DNA of 64,000 bases. It comes from Hypanus sabinus. Taxonomy: Eukaryota. The notes below the pieces were generated by a model. That model ran no database searches. It was given only the letters and a program-made list of their open reading frames with translations, and was not told where the DNA came from. Shown here in pieces: positions 49,410 to 62,269 of this stretch. The position numbers were made by a program, and so were the translations under genes. The stretch is from contig NC_082732.1 in assembly GCF_030144855.1 (NCBI RefSeq), positions 20,026,001 to 20,090,000 on the forward strand, read 5' to 3'. Position 1 is the stretch's first letter; each line of letters opens with the position of its first letter.

Positions 49410-50315
49410 GTAAGTAAACAAGTATTTGGAAAAATAAAAATGTTTGATTGTGCCCGGAAACATTCAAAGGTTTTAATGTCAATGCTTTCACAATGGGATC
49501 TAACATTGATGCCTGGCAGGATTGAGGGGAGCACAGTTATTTGGCTGAAACAATAAATAATTTCCTTAACCACTGGTTGCTGCAGCCAATTTAATTCAAT
49601 GGATTATTAGATATTCCTTTTCAAGGACATTTTAATTGAGAAGTTGGCATGGGTCAAGGGGTCAGCTGCCTGGTCAGTGGACCTATAGTGCCACTTTTTC
49701 CAGAGTTTCTGAAATCAGAGATTTGACCCCAATTACACAAACCAGTGTTTCCATTACAGATTCTGTTGGTGATACCCAGAGGAGACTGGAGAGTGACTTT
49801 CACAACCGGGAGTATTTCTGGGATGTTGGGAGACATCCTAGCCATTTGTGTCAGACACGACCACTTATGCAGAGGCCACCTTTCAGCACACTTGGAGACC
49901 TTTCGCTCCCTGACCTGCCCAGTGCCCAGCCCTGAACCCTGACACGCTCCCCAACTCTGACCCCGATCCGCGACCAAATGTTGTAGCAACTTTGGAAATC
50001 TCTGAAACCTAATGACTCACCGGTCTCCATGCTGGACACATAACCACATCACCTGCTCCCACTACTATGCTTCTAACAGGTCTGGGCTACAGCCTTCCCT
50101 CTCCCCTCCTGCAACTTGTCCCCGGCTCAGAACACATCAAAATCTCTGAGTAAGCAAAGGCTTAGTCTTGTAGTAGTCTTGTTCAGTAGCATGGGCCATG
50201 CAAGATATCTACCTAGTAACTCTTTAACACGGTAACACACACAAAATGCCAGAGGAACTCAGTGGGTCAGGCAGCATCCTTGGAGGAAAGTCAGCGTGCA
50301 ATATTTTAGGTTGAT

Positions 50316-50556
50316 NNNNNNNNNNNNNNNNNNNNNNNNNNNNNNNNNNNNNNNNNNNNNNNNNNNNNNNNNNNNNNNNNNNNNNNNNNNNNNNNNNNNN
50401 NNNNNNNNNNNNNNNNNNNNNNNNNNNNNNNNNNNNNNNNNNNNNNNNNNNNNNNNNNNNNNNNNNNNNNNNNNNNNNNNNNNNNNNNNNNNNNNNNNNN
50501 NNNNNNNNNNNNNNNNNNNNNNNNNNNNNNNNNNNNNNNNNNNNNNNNNNNNNNNN
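50316..50556. other. Assembly gap (241 N)
   Basis: Run of N, located between the arms of a Penelope-derived palindrome (50234-50315 and ~50810-50900). Confidence 0.99.
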
Positions 50557-50782
50557 TGAGATGCAGTGTACAACGGGCCCTTCAAGCCATGCCACCCAAC
50601 AACTCTCAATTTAACCCTAGCCTAATCATGGGGCAATTCACAATGACCAATTAGCCCACCAACCAGTACATCTTTGGACTGTGGGAGGAAACCCACACGA
50701 TCATGGGGAGAATGTACAAACTCCTTACAGGTAGTGGTGGGAAATGAACCCGGGTCACTGGTACTGTAAAGCATGGTGCTGT
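50557..50782 (-). mobile_element. V-SINE-like element
   Basis: Reverse complement of the core and tail seen at 57500-57783. Confidence 0.8.
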
Positions 50783-50974
50783 GACGGAACTCAGCCAGCA
50801 ACATCAGTTACTTCCCTCACTGGATGCTGCCGGACCTGCTGAGTTACTCCATCATTTTTGAGTGTGTTGCTCAAGACTTCAAGCGTTTGCAGATTCTCCT
50901 GAAAGAGTTTTATTTGGAGGAAATGTTAGAATTCAAGGCTGGTTTATGCTGTGCTATTTTTGAACTGTTCAGCC

Positions 50975-51480
50975 GGGGGTGGTAATGGGACAAGCTCCCA
51001 CTATCTATTAAATGCTCCCAATGGCGTGCGACTCGAATAGCCTCTGACAACCATCCATCTCCTGGCCTTCAGGTGTGGCTTAGTTACTAAGCCTGGCAGA
51101 ACCGTTTCTACTGACAGGAGATGGGGCAAAGGCAGGTTACTGGCACATTAAATCCAGTCGCTTCAGGCAGATGGGGCTCATCAGCCGTGGTTGGCAGCTC
51201 ATCGAGAAGGAAAGCCGCCGATCGCAAACCTCTGCTGCCCTGCGACTATACCCACTCCTCAGGAAGGCTTCGGGAGTAAACCCTGAGGGATAAATCCGGA
51301 GCTGGAGTCCCTAAGGCAGTTCTACATTGAGTTCAACGCTGACTGGGAACTCTTGAGATGCTGCTGGTACCAAACTGTATTGGCCTCTGCCGTTCCCTTG
51401 GGTTCATTAGATACGTGGAGAGGGGGAGCTTGCTTCATGGGTCCCATATCGTACTGCCCAGGATGGCTTATCTAGACAGC
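50975..51480 (+). mobile_element. RTE-related non-autonomous element
   Basis: Non-coding; distal part (GTTCCCTTGG..CGTGGAGAGGGG..CATGGG..CTGCCCAGG) resembles the tail of the SINE at 19185-19466. Confidence 0.45.
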
Positions 51481-52391
51481 CAGGGTGCAATATGGTCAAC
51501 AGGGACCGATGGAGGCCTCAGCCCTCAGGAGGGGCTTATTTTTGGTTGTTATCCAAGGTGTGAATCTGGGCTCACATAATGATAGGAAGAACCTTGTCAC
51601 TGACCAATCCATTCACAATTCAGACACAAGTCTAACCCCACTAATGAATAATGGGCAAGTAGAGGGCTCCAGCATGGGTAGGGGGAAAGGAATTGTCAAT
51701 GCATCATCTTGAAACCCTGCATCAGGATGGAGAATGGAGAGAGAGGGAAGATGGCCAGCTTGAAGAGGAGAGGGTAGAGATGAGACAGGAGGCCAAGGTG
51801 ATTGGTATTCCGAGGAGCGGTGAAGGATGACAGGCAATTTGAACTAGGTGGAGTAGGAGAGACGAGGTCAGGGAAGAAGTGGGGTTGTGAGACAGGTAGG
51901 TGGATAATTGATAGAGGCAAAGAGAAAATAAAATTAGAGCTCATGGAAGGGTAAGTGAAGATGGAAGACAATTGCTGGAAGGTGTTAAGTAGGAACACCA
52001 AGGCTACTCATGTTGGAATCTGCTAAGTAAGGAAGGTGATAATGGGAACCGATGTGGGAGAGATGAATGACAAGTGGAACGAGAACTTTCCCTCAGCAGA
52101 TGCTGACTGACCTGCAGAGTTTGTTGCTCCAGTGCCCAGCATCTGCAGTCATTGCATGTACAACATAAATCTTTAATATTCTTCAACAAAAATGTTGAAC
52201 TTGCAAACATTCATTTGCGTTTAACAGAACACCATTATTGTTTGCTGGAGTATGAGTTATTTTTTCATATGTTTCTCATTGAACATTATGGTAACAATTA
52301 TATCCAGTTCACAGCTGGTAACTGCATTGACAAACGTTTGCTATTGTACATTGTTAGGTTGCACTAACGCAATCTTTCTAAATATCCGCAG

Positions 52392-52398
52392 GCCCTGA
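52392..52398 (+). CDS. PDPN: Podoplanin terminal coding exon (completes Ser, then Pro-stop)
   Basis: CTAAC branch-like sequence, acceptor ..ATCCGCAG|GCCCTGA; phase 2 completes TC|G CCC TGA = S-P-stop, the same split YS|P as mammalian PDPN. Confidence 0.88.
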
Positions 52399-53560
52399 TA
52401 TCCCAGAGTAAACCAAAAATGGCTAACTGGCGGTTCCGAAGAGAGAATGAAGTCATTTAAATCAGGATATCCAGTGTCACACAGATTATGCTTGAATCAC
52501 GTTCTGTTAACTTTTCTTGAATCCTCCACCATCTGGCTCTCAGAAAACTGGGTGAAAACTGCCTCCTGCTCCTTAGAAAGGCTGGAAACATCTACGTTGG
52601 GCTGTGGTGAATGAAGCCATTTAGTGTAAAATATATTGTACATGGTGCATATCAGAGTTTGTCCTACCAAAGTATTACCACTTTAGGCGTGTTGCTTCTT
52701 TGTTGAATTTATTCTATTCATTTTCATTAATATGGACATGTTTGAAGAGGCTTGACACTGTTACAAAGACATTGTGATTTGTATTAGGAATGAATGGGAT
52801 AGAAAAGCCAAGAAGCTTTTATCCTTTGGCTATGGCCGCGTCTTCTGAGAGTGCACCATTGAGCGGGATTAATAGAGGAGTGTGTTAGGGACTGAAGAAC
52901 ATCTTGCCCATGCTCTACCCCAGAAAGTGCTGGATGCTGTTACGGGATGTGGGCTGAAAGTGAGAATACTTCCCAGAGCCAAGTGACCGCAGACTAGTAG
53001 ATCACAGAGCTCATTAGACACAAACTCATCCCAATGTCATTAGCCCGTTGACCATTAGCCCAGTAGGTGCTCTACCAAATGTTGAACATTTGTAGCAGTT
53101 AATAAAGCAAACAGCTGGGTCCTCTCAGTGGCAGGAGACACAGGGGATCAATCCAGATTGTTTTTTTGTGGGACTAAGGTACCAATTCACTCAATAACGT
53201 ATAGAACTTAGACCCTTCAGCTAGTGAGTAAGATGGGAGATTTCTCCTCAGTTTCCTTGAGATGTCCTAATATTCCCATCCGTAACCCACTACCTGTCAG
53301 TGACTGACTCTTTCAGAGGGCTCCAGGATAAATCATTATCTTGCTTCAGGAAGTGCAAGGACCACTCCTGATCACTCATACAAAGTGTTCGAAAAATAAC
53401 TTTACATCCTTTTGTAAAGAGTTGCCATTATATGATTTGCAATCAGCAGTGTTTTTATAATGTCTTTATCTATTAAATATATTATTGTTATGAATATGCA
53501 CTTTTTTAACTTTTTCTTCTTTATTAGTTTCCAATAAGTAGATTAAAAAATACAAAACGT
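52399..53560 (+). other. PDPN: Probable PDPN 3'UTR
   Basis: Repeat-free sequence after the stop; AATAAA at 53101, ATTAAA at ~53472 and ~53542 in an AT-rich block; true end uncertain. Confidence 0.5.
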
Positions 53561-54504
53561 GACGATCCGGTGATTAACTTAGACTGACAGACCAGGAGGT
53601 GCATGTACCGTCATCTGAAATGGACCTGGTGGGCTATTTCACATAAATCTGTGTGTGACATAGATAGTACAATTAGCAAGAGGCCAGTGGGGGGTGGTTT
53701 CTGTTCTTCTTAGGGTAAGAGAGGACTAACATTAGCTTCTTGTTGAAAGTGTGTCCTCGGTAGAAATGTTTTCACTGTAAATCTTTTGGCAGCAGAGTGA
53801 GCACTGAAGAGACACTGCTTCACAGTTCCAACTCCCTGGTTCAATCCAAACTTCTGGTGTTGCTTGGATTTTATGATCTCTCTGCAACACTGTGGAATTT
53901 CCCTTGGTCCTCCACTTTTCTTCCATATCTCAAAGCTGACATGTTAATTGGTTACTGCAGATTTCCATTGATGTAGAAAGGTGGCTGGGGAATCTGGATA
54001 AAGACGGACATGTGAGAGAACAGTTTGCTATGACATACTTAGGGGGTTGGGCACTGATGGGATTGCGTGGTGGCATATACAAAGTGGCTGAATGTCTTCA
54101 GAAATATGAAATAAAATGTGACACTTATCCTCAGTGACCCCTACAAGTTGCACAATGGTGCTGTGTTTCACAGTCAATGTTCTTAAAAGAGGCTGAAAGA
54201 AAATAAGCCTGTAAATAGCTTCCTTTTCATACTTCTAATGAGGGAAAGAGTTTCTCTTTGGAGAACCTTTCACGCTGACCTGCGCTTCGCCTTAGGTTCA
54301 GAAACAATGATGTTCCCTGATAATTACAGACTGTTGATTCACATTTGTACATCCCTCAAGTAACAAAACTATTTGTGGCTGTCTTTTGCCACACTAGTCA
54401 CAGTCTAGGCTTGGGATGATAAATAAATATTGTGCCTAATAATGACCATCTCAAGGAAATTTCCGCCACCTTGTTTTGCAATCAATGATGTCATGATTAC
54501 TTTA

Positions 54505-54812
54505 CCTTTATTTTACTTTTATTGTCACTAAACAATTGATACTGGAGCGTACAATCATCACAGTGATATTTGATTCTGTGCTTCGCGCTCCCTGAAGTAC
54601 AAATCGAAGTAAATATAATAAAAATTTAAATTATAAATCATAATTAGAAAATAGAAAAGGGAAAGTAAGGTAGTGCAAGTCAGGTCCGGATATTTGGAAG
54701 GTACAGCCCAGATCCGGGTCAGGATCTGTTCAGCAGTCTTATCACAGTTGGAAAGAAGCTGTTCCCAAATCTGGCTGTACGAATCTTTAAGCTCCTGAAC
54801 CTTCACCCGGAG
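54505..54812 (-). mobile_element. Rex1/Babar-type LINE 3' end
   Basis: Reverse strand encodes ..R.KDS..RFGNSFFPTVIRLLN followed by a 3'UTR. Confidence 0.65.
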
Positions 54813-55474
54813 GTTTATCCCGGAGGATTAGCATGGCGTCATCAAAAATATTAAGAAGTACAAAAAGCTAACTTAACCAGCCAACCTCCCTACAAAATTA
54901 GGAGAGGCTGGCTGCCTTAGTATGAGTAATTCACTCATAATTCCTCAAATCCTTTTCTACGATGCACAAGATGGGGCTATAATGTAATACAGGATACTAC
55001 AGACATGAGTATAGCTTCAATGACACCTGAGAAGTCCAATGTCTTCCTGGGCAAAGCAGCTATTGAGACTCATTTTTGAGCACGAATAGTCCATCATAGT
55101 CTTGTGAGGTATCCTCTTGATTGATACCAATCCACCGGCCTGAACTTTTGTTTCCTCCAGCATGGATGTAATGTAAACCATGCAAACCATCAACAAGATG
55201 AAATGCAACACTATTCTGGTAGCATTTACTATTTCGAGAACCTCCACCATCAAGGACACGGGTATCAAGCATGTATCTCTCTATGTCATACTTCAAATTG
55301 ACTTGGAAGTATTACGTAGCACCTTTATCATCCCTCAATCTGTATTCTGAACTAATCCTACCTAACAGCAGAGTGTAAGTGTCGCACCTTTCTCTTCTCA
55401 TGGACAAGTAATAGAGTTGGGTTACCCTGGATCTGAGCAGGCATTTTCACCTCTTTTTGGGTGAGACCAGAACT

Positions 55475-55720
55475 TAGAGTGAAAGCAGAAATGTTCAAGG
55501 GGAATTTAAGGGAAACTTCTTCATTCAGAGAGTGGTGCGACTGTGGAACAAGCTGCCAGCAGATGTGGTAGATGTGGGTTTCAATATAAAATTTAAGGGA
55601 AGTTTAGATAGGTACTTGAATGAGAGTGATTTGAAAGGACTAGGCAGAAGATTGGGTCAGCCTGAATAAGATGGGCTGAAGGGCCTATACATACCTGTAC
55701 CGCAGTACTCTGACTCAATG
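55475..55720 (+). mobile_element. CR1 3' end
   Basis: GNFFIQRVVRLWNKLP motif and GGGCTGAAGGGCCT tail. Confidence 0.75.
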
Positions 55721-56944
55721 ACTTTATGCTACCTCTATGGTTTGCTGTACCAGGAAAGTGTATACTTGTTAATATTTACTAAAGGCTTGATGAAAAGTTT
55801 GATCGATTGTTCTGACAAATGATGCACAACATATGCAAGGCTATAAAGTGTCTTTTGTAAGGGTTAGTCCCCATAAAAGGCCATCATTTAAAGCTGTTAA
55901 AGAGGTGTCTGAACTGTGCAGTCATACATATTAGAACATCCCAAGAGATCTACAGACATTCCAGCTGTTGAAAGCTTGGTCTGTTTATCTGTGAGCACCC
56001 TAAGCCCACCAGGTTGTCCTGACTGGATACAGATACTGGAATAAGAGAACAATTTGTGCCAACATCTGGAACCTGATGTAGAAGCTCTCCCCGTCGTGAA
56101 ACCCTATCTGCAACATCACTTCTGAGCTGAATAATCACACTGTCTGTTTGTTCTACTGCAGAACAGAAGCATCAGTGTAAAATCAAACAATTTACACACT
56201 GCCAATGTGTATGCTAGTCAATGGCATGTAGGTTTAGGCACAAATCCAACACCGAAAGCTCCCCCCTACAAACCCTCGACACTGTAGAAAACAAAGAACC
56301 ATATTCATGACTTCTCTTCCCTGTCTGGAACACAGAATGTTTGACTTAAGCTGCAACTTGTGACCTGGGAGAATTCATCCTGCGTCAGAACTGAATTCTG
56401 TGCAGTTGCCAGAGCTGGGTATAATTTCCAGCGTGCAGGCAATATTTCACGTACCTTTGCTGGATCACTTACCCTTGTAATGGGGAAATATGTGGACAGT
56501 TAGTGAGGAAGGATGGTGCTTTCTGGCCGGGGCTTTTCACACACTTGTAGCTTGGTGCTTCTGTTTATTGGCGGAAATTAGAACACGGTTGTTTATTGGA
56601 CGAGATGCAAGAGTTCCTGTTTTAAAGTACAATGAGAAGCTGTGGAATCTGAGCCCAGTCACATCTCAGCCCAAAATCAGTCCAATTTAAGAATTAAATT
56701 TTCATTGCTACTAGTACTAAGTCCTGATGGAAATGAGCCATAGAACATTACAGCACAGAAACAGGCCTTTTGGCCCTTCTTGGCTGTGCCGAACCATTTA
56801 TCTAATTTATTTAACAACATTATTTCTGACCATTGCTTCCATCATGAAAGAGCACTGGCAGAAGTATTCTATCGTATAACTGACCATTATTACTTGTATT
56901 TTTCATGTCTATTGCCCACCCTAATGAGGAAGGGCTGTCTACCT

Positions 56945-58090
56945 CCCAAATAAATGGGAGCAGAATTAATCCATTCAGCCAATTGTGTGCTCCACAATTC
57001 CATCATGGCTGAATTAACATCCCTCTCGACGCCATTCTCTTTGGCATCCTTACTAATGAGGAATCTGTCAATCTCCGCTTTAATTATACCCAAGGACATC
57101 ATCTCCATAGCCATCTGTGGCCATGGATTCCACAGATTCCCCACCCTCTGGATGGAGGGGACACTGAGAGAGTGGCATTTGGTGCAAAGCTTCACAGCGC
57201 CAGCGATCGCCGGTCAGAGTTCAATTTCTGCCGCTGTCTGTAAGGAGTTTACATGTTCTCCCCATGCCAAGTGGGTTTCCTCCCACATTCCAAAGGTGTA
57301 GGGGTTAGAGTAAGCTGTGGGCGTGCTATGTTGGTGCTGAATGCATGGCAACATTTGTAGGCTGCCCCCAGCACATCCTGGGACAGTGTGGGTCTTTGAC
57401 GCAAGACACACATCACTGCAGGTATTGATGTTTTGATGTGCATATGACAGATAAAGTTTAATCTTTAAAATAAATTCTTCCTCATTTCTGATCTAAAAAG
57501 GGTAGCATAGTGGTTAGCATAAAGTGTTTTACAGTACAGAGGACCCAGGTTCAATTCCCGCCACTGCCTGTAAGGAGTTTGTACATTCTCCCCATAACCG
57601 CATGGGTTTCCTCTGGGTGCTCCAGTTTCCTTCCACAATCCTAGAATGTACCAGTTGATAGGTTAATTGATCATTTAAACTGGTCAATGATTAGGCTCAG
57701 ATTAAATCGGGGAATGCTGGGCGGTTGACTTGAAGGGCCGAAGGGCTTATTCTGCATTGTTTTCAACAAATAAATAAATAAATACAATGAAATGAAAAGC
57801 AATGTCCTTGTATTCTGAGGCTGTGTCCTTTGGTCCTAGGCTACCCTACTACTGGAAATATCCTCTCCATGTCCACTCTGTCTATGCTTTTCAATATTCG
57901 GTAGGTCTCAGTGAGATGCCCCACCGCCCCCCCCCCAATTCTTCAGAACTCCCATGAATACAGGCCCAGAGCTAGCAAGCGCTCTCCACACATTAACTCT
58001 GTCATTACTAGGATCATTCTCGTGAGCCTTGTCTGGACTCTCTCCAACGCCAGCATATTCTTTCTTAGAAATGAGGCCCACATATGTTCA
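56945..58090 (-). mobile_element. CR1 3' portion with two nested + strand tRNA SINEs (~57165-57468 and 57500-57783)
   Basis: LERVQ.R.TRMI..LGLYS.E (ORF 57943-58188), QRVGNLWN.., interrupted by SINEs with GGTTCAATTCC-type B boxes and A-rich tails. Confidence 0.8.
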
Positions 58091-58265
58091 CACTCCACAC
58101 TCCACATCATTGCCTTCACATTCTGGTATAGAAAGAAAAAAATAGTAGAAGTTGTTGGATGTAGGACTCCACAAGATGGACTCATCATTCAATGAGATCG
58201 AGACTGTTCTGATCCTTGCCTCAACTTACACTCCCTTAAAATCTGAACAGATCCCTGTGTTTCTG

Positions 58266-59640
58266 TGTTACGTACTTAATATTTAAGTAATATTGTAAAT
58301 ACGTTTTTGATTAAGCATTTTTGGTCATTTAAATAACTCATTATGGGTTATATGTAAAAGTACATGAATGTACTTTTTCATGATACTAATCATAAATCAA
58401 ATGAAGTAGAAATGGCTGGCTGCATTGGAAAGATAGACATGTTCAACTGTACAATAGATAACTGGAATATGTATACTGAGTGAATTGAACTTGTTTTGAA
58501 GCAAATGAAATAGCCAATGAAAAGTGAGTACAAATTTTGATCAAAGCATTGGATTTAAAGTTTGCTCAGAAGTTTAACTGCTCCAACCCAACAAGCTGAA
58601 ATGAGCTTTGTTTTATTGTGAAAGTAATGCAGGAACATTTAGAACCAAAGCCATTATTGAATGCAGGATGCTTTAGGTTTCATAAGTGGAATCAAAAAGA
58701 AGGGGAGTCCATTAAAGATAACAAGGAACATCTCCAAAATCTCAAGACAACGTTAGAAAGATTAGAAGATTATGGGCTCAGAGCTCAACACAAGTGTAAA
58801 TTCTTTAAACCAAATATCTCTTATTGTGGTCACATAGCCAACGCACAATGATTACACAAGTGTACTGAGACAACGCAAGCTGCGGTGGATGCCTCAAGGC
58901 CAAAGGACGTGTCAGATTTACAGTCCTCTTTAAGACTTGTCAATTGCTGTGTGAGGCTCCTACCAAACCTGACTACTGTGCTCCACCCACTGGACTCATC
59001 ACCACAGACCGGAAAGGAATGGCAATGGACAAAGCAGTGTGAGGTGGCTTTCATAAAGGTAGAGGGAATGGTGACACCATACACTGTGCTCACGCAATAT
59101 TATCCACGTTGTTTAGTGAAGCTTGCCCTACACTGTTCAGGCAACTCTACACGTCCAAAAGAAAGGTGTCCGGAGCTCTCAGAACCACTTCTGACAGTCC
59201 CAGAGTCAACCCCTACAACCGTTGCAGCCACAAGTCCTTCCTGCCAAGCTGAGTGGCCTCCTTGTCAGGAAAGATGTTATTCCACAAGAGTAAGAAATCC
59301 CCCACCGTGATTAAATTGCAGACTATAGAGCAACGCATACAGTGTCTGAGTTGAGATGCATGCTACATTGAGCTGGAGTTTGCAGCTAAGCAGAAGGAGC
59401 GTAGCGTATTTAATATTTCAGTAATCTCTGATTAATATTGTAAATATATTGTTTGATTAAGCATTCTTGTCCATTTAAATAGATCGTTACTGGTTATATG
59501 TCAAAGTGAATGGCACACGGCATTACACCACCACATAACATCCACATACCTCACTTAAAGTAAAAACGAAGCTCTCTCGTATTCCGGACTTCCTGTTTTT
59601 CTTGCAATTAGTTTTATGCTCTGGATTACAAAACATAACA
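58266..59640 (+). mobile_element. Internally deleted Gypsy/Ty3 LTR retrotransposon
   Basis: Partial 5' LTR (58266-~58370) similar to 3' LTR (59400-59640, ending AACA); gag start MAGCIGKID.F....NW..Y.E; RT end EHLQNL..LERL..YGLR..KCKFF...ISYCGH; connection PKDV..LQS.L.LVN..WQWT..CE.AF; integrase-tail RY.TR.R.PP; purine tract before the 3' LTR. Confidence 0.85.
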
Positions 59641-60659
59641 CTCTACCCAACAAACTTTTAGTGATTTTCCCTTCATGACTTTTAGAGATAAGGAATGCCA
59701 AAGAATTATAAGTCTCTGCGATAAGAAATTCCTCCTCCTCACAACCATAAATGGGAAGGTCTTTATTCTGAGATCGTTAATCATAGTTCTGGTAATTGGT
59801 TTATGATTACCGTGTGTACTGAAGACTAAAAAACGTATGTCTGCACACCATCTGGACAGATCACTCTATACATAAATACATCAAGGTACTTACAAAAATG
59901 CAGAATACAGAATATAGCGTTACTGTTACAGAGAAGGTGCCATTCATTTAAGTAAAGTGCAAGTGAATTTCCCCGGGAGTGAGTGGAACAGCTACTTTAT
60001 CATACCCCTCAGAATGTTACATAATTCAAAATGATCGTCATCATTTATCTGGAAATTATAAGGGCAACATGCTTATCCTGTGCTCAGAGGACAACCCCTC
60101 TCATACTTACTGCCTATTATGCTGCTGCCATTTAGGGCAGCAATGAAGGTCCTTCATCTCTGGGGATGTTCAGGACTTCTTTCATCACATTAGTACCTTC
60201 CTCTTGTTTTTCACCGCTGTCAGTCTTGCAAGCCCCAGGTGGGGACTCAGCAATACCGTTCGTTGCACTCAGATGTAGAAGGATTCTTTATCGCTGCTTC
60301 CATGATAATTTTGCTTTACCAGTCAGTGTTGCTAGCCCTGAACTGAACCCCCAAACCTGGAGTTCAGGTGGACTACTTTTAATCCGGCCTATAACCTTTG
60401 AACTGCTCGGCATGGTGAGTCTCCCGGGAGCCAAAAGCACAAGACCCTGACTTCAGCCAGCATAGCTCTCTGGGTCATTTAGGCATGCAAGGCTCCAAAC
60501 CATGATAAGATTGTTGTCCTCTTGGAGGAGCCCCTTCATACCTAAAATAAATCAGAGCTAAATCAGCACTGCCTCCAAGCCATCATGTCTTTCCTGGAAG
60601 AATGTCACTGAAACCGCATGCGACTCTCCAGGTTTGGGGACACAAAGATTCTGTAGAGT

Positions 60660-61828
60660 TGAAGGAAGACTTCCATACTTCATCTCCCCTGCTTTACATT
60701 CACCTAGAGAAGAGAGATGCTTATGTGAGAATGATGTTCTTGGGCTATAGTTCAGCATTCAACACCATAATTCCCTCCAGGCTCAACACGAAGCTCAGAG
60801 GCCTCGGCCTTCACCCTGCCTTGTGCAGCTGGATCCTGGACTTCCTGTCAGATCGTCTGCAGGTGGTAAAAGTGGGCTCCCTTACCTCCACCCCTCTAAC
60901 TCTCAATACAGGAGCCCCTCAGGGGTGTGTACTGAGTCCCCTTCTTTACTCTTTGTATACCCATGACTGTGTCACCACCCACAACTCCAACCTATGGATT
61001 AAGTTTGCTGATGACACTACACTGATTGACCTAATCTTAAATAATAATGAGGCAGCCTACAGACAAGAAATTATCAGTCTGACACAGTGGTGTCAAGAAA
61101 ACAACCTCTCCTTCAATGTGGCAAAGACAAAGGAGCTGGTTGTGGACTGCAGGAGGAATGGATACTGGCTAATCTCAATAGACAACAATGGACCTTGAGT
61201 TGAGAGGGTGAACAGCTTTAAGTTCCTCTGCATATACATCACTGAGGATCTCACGTGGTCTGCACATGCCGGCTATGTGGTGAGAAAAGCACAACAGCGC
61301 CTCTTTCACCTCAGGCAGTTGAAGAAGTTTAGTATGGACTTTCTAAAGGGGCACAATTGAGAACATCCTGACTGGCTGCATCACTGCCTGGTATGGGAAC
61401 TGTACTTCCCTCAATCTCAGGACTCTGCAGAGAGTGGTGTGGACAGCCCAGCGCATCTGTGGTTGTGAACGTCCCATGACATCAGGACATTTACAGAGAC
61501 AGGTGTGTAAAAGGGCCTGAAGGATCACTGGGGACCTGAGTCACCCCAACCACAAACTGTTTCGGCTGCTACCATCCGGGAAACGGTACCGCAGCATAAA
61601 AGCCAGGACCAACAAGCTCTGCGACAACTTCTTCCACCAGACCATCAGACTGATTAATTCATGTTGGTGCAACTGTATTTCTATGTTATATTGACTATCC
61701 TGTTGTGCATAATATTTATTATAAGTTACTATAAATTAAACATTGCACATCTAGATAGAGACGTAATGTAAAGATTTTACTTCACATATATATGAAAGAT
61801 TTAAGTAATAAAGTCAATTCAATTCAAC
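60660..61828 (+). mobile_element. Rex1/Babar-type LINE (RT through 3' tail)
   Basis: [51 protein letters not shown]; (CAATT)n tail. Confidence 0.92.
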
Positions 61829-62269
61829 TCATCACGCCGGCCACTTATTTGCTATATCTGATTGCTAATATTCTGTGCACCTTCTAACAAACACCTAGAT
61901 ACCTCTGAACATTAGCATTCCATAATCACACACCAAACCCAATAATACTTATTTCTATACCAGCTTTTAATAACTTCATGCCATATCAAGTAGGATCTCT
62001 ATGACCACCAGATTTCAATAATAACACATCCTTCTAAAACATCTATAGCTGGAAGCTGAAGCTTATAAGGTAATTTCTATCTAACATGCCCATGCTTGTT
62101 ATTATATTGACATTGATTCACTAACCCAGCAGAAACCCTTGAGCTAAACAGTAGATAGAGGATGGAACAAACACAGGAAGTCTGACAGCCACGATATGTA
62201 TTGACAAGGCTATCTATATCTTCTACGGATGTGGTAAACTTGGTTTTGGTGTATATTTATCTCATTTTA

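Noticed and set aside
50224-50609. ORFs spanning poly-X
   Set aside because: Artefacts of the N gap
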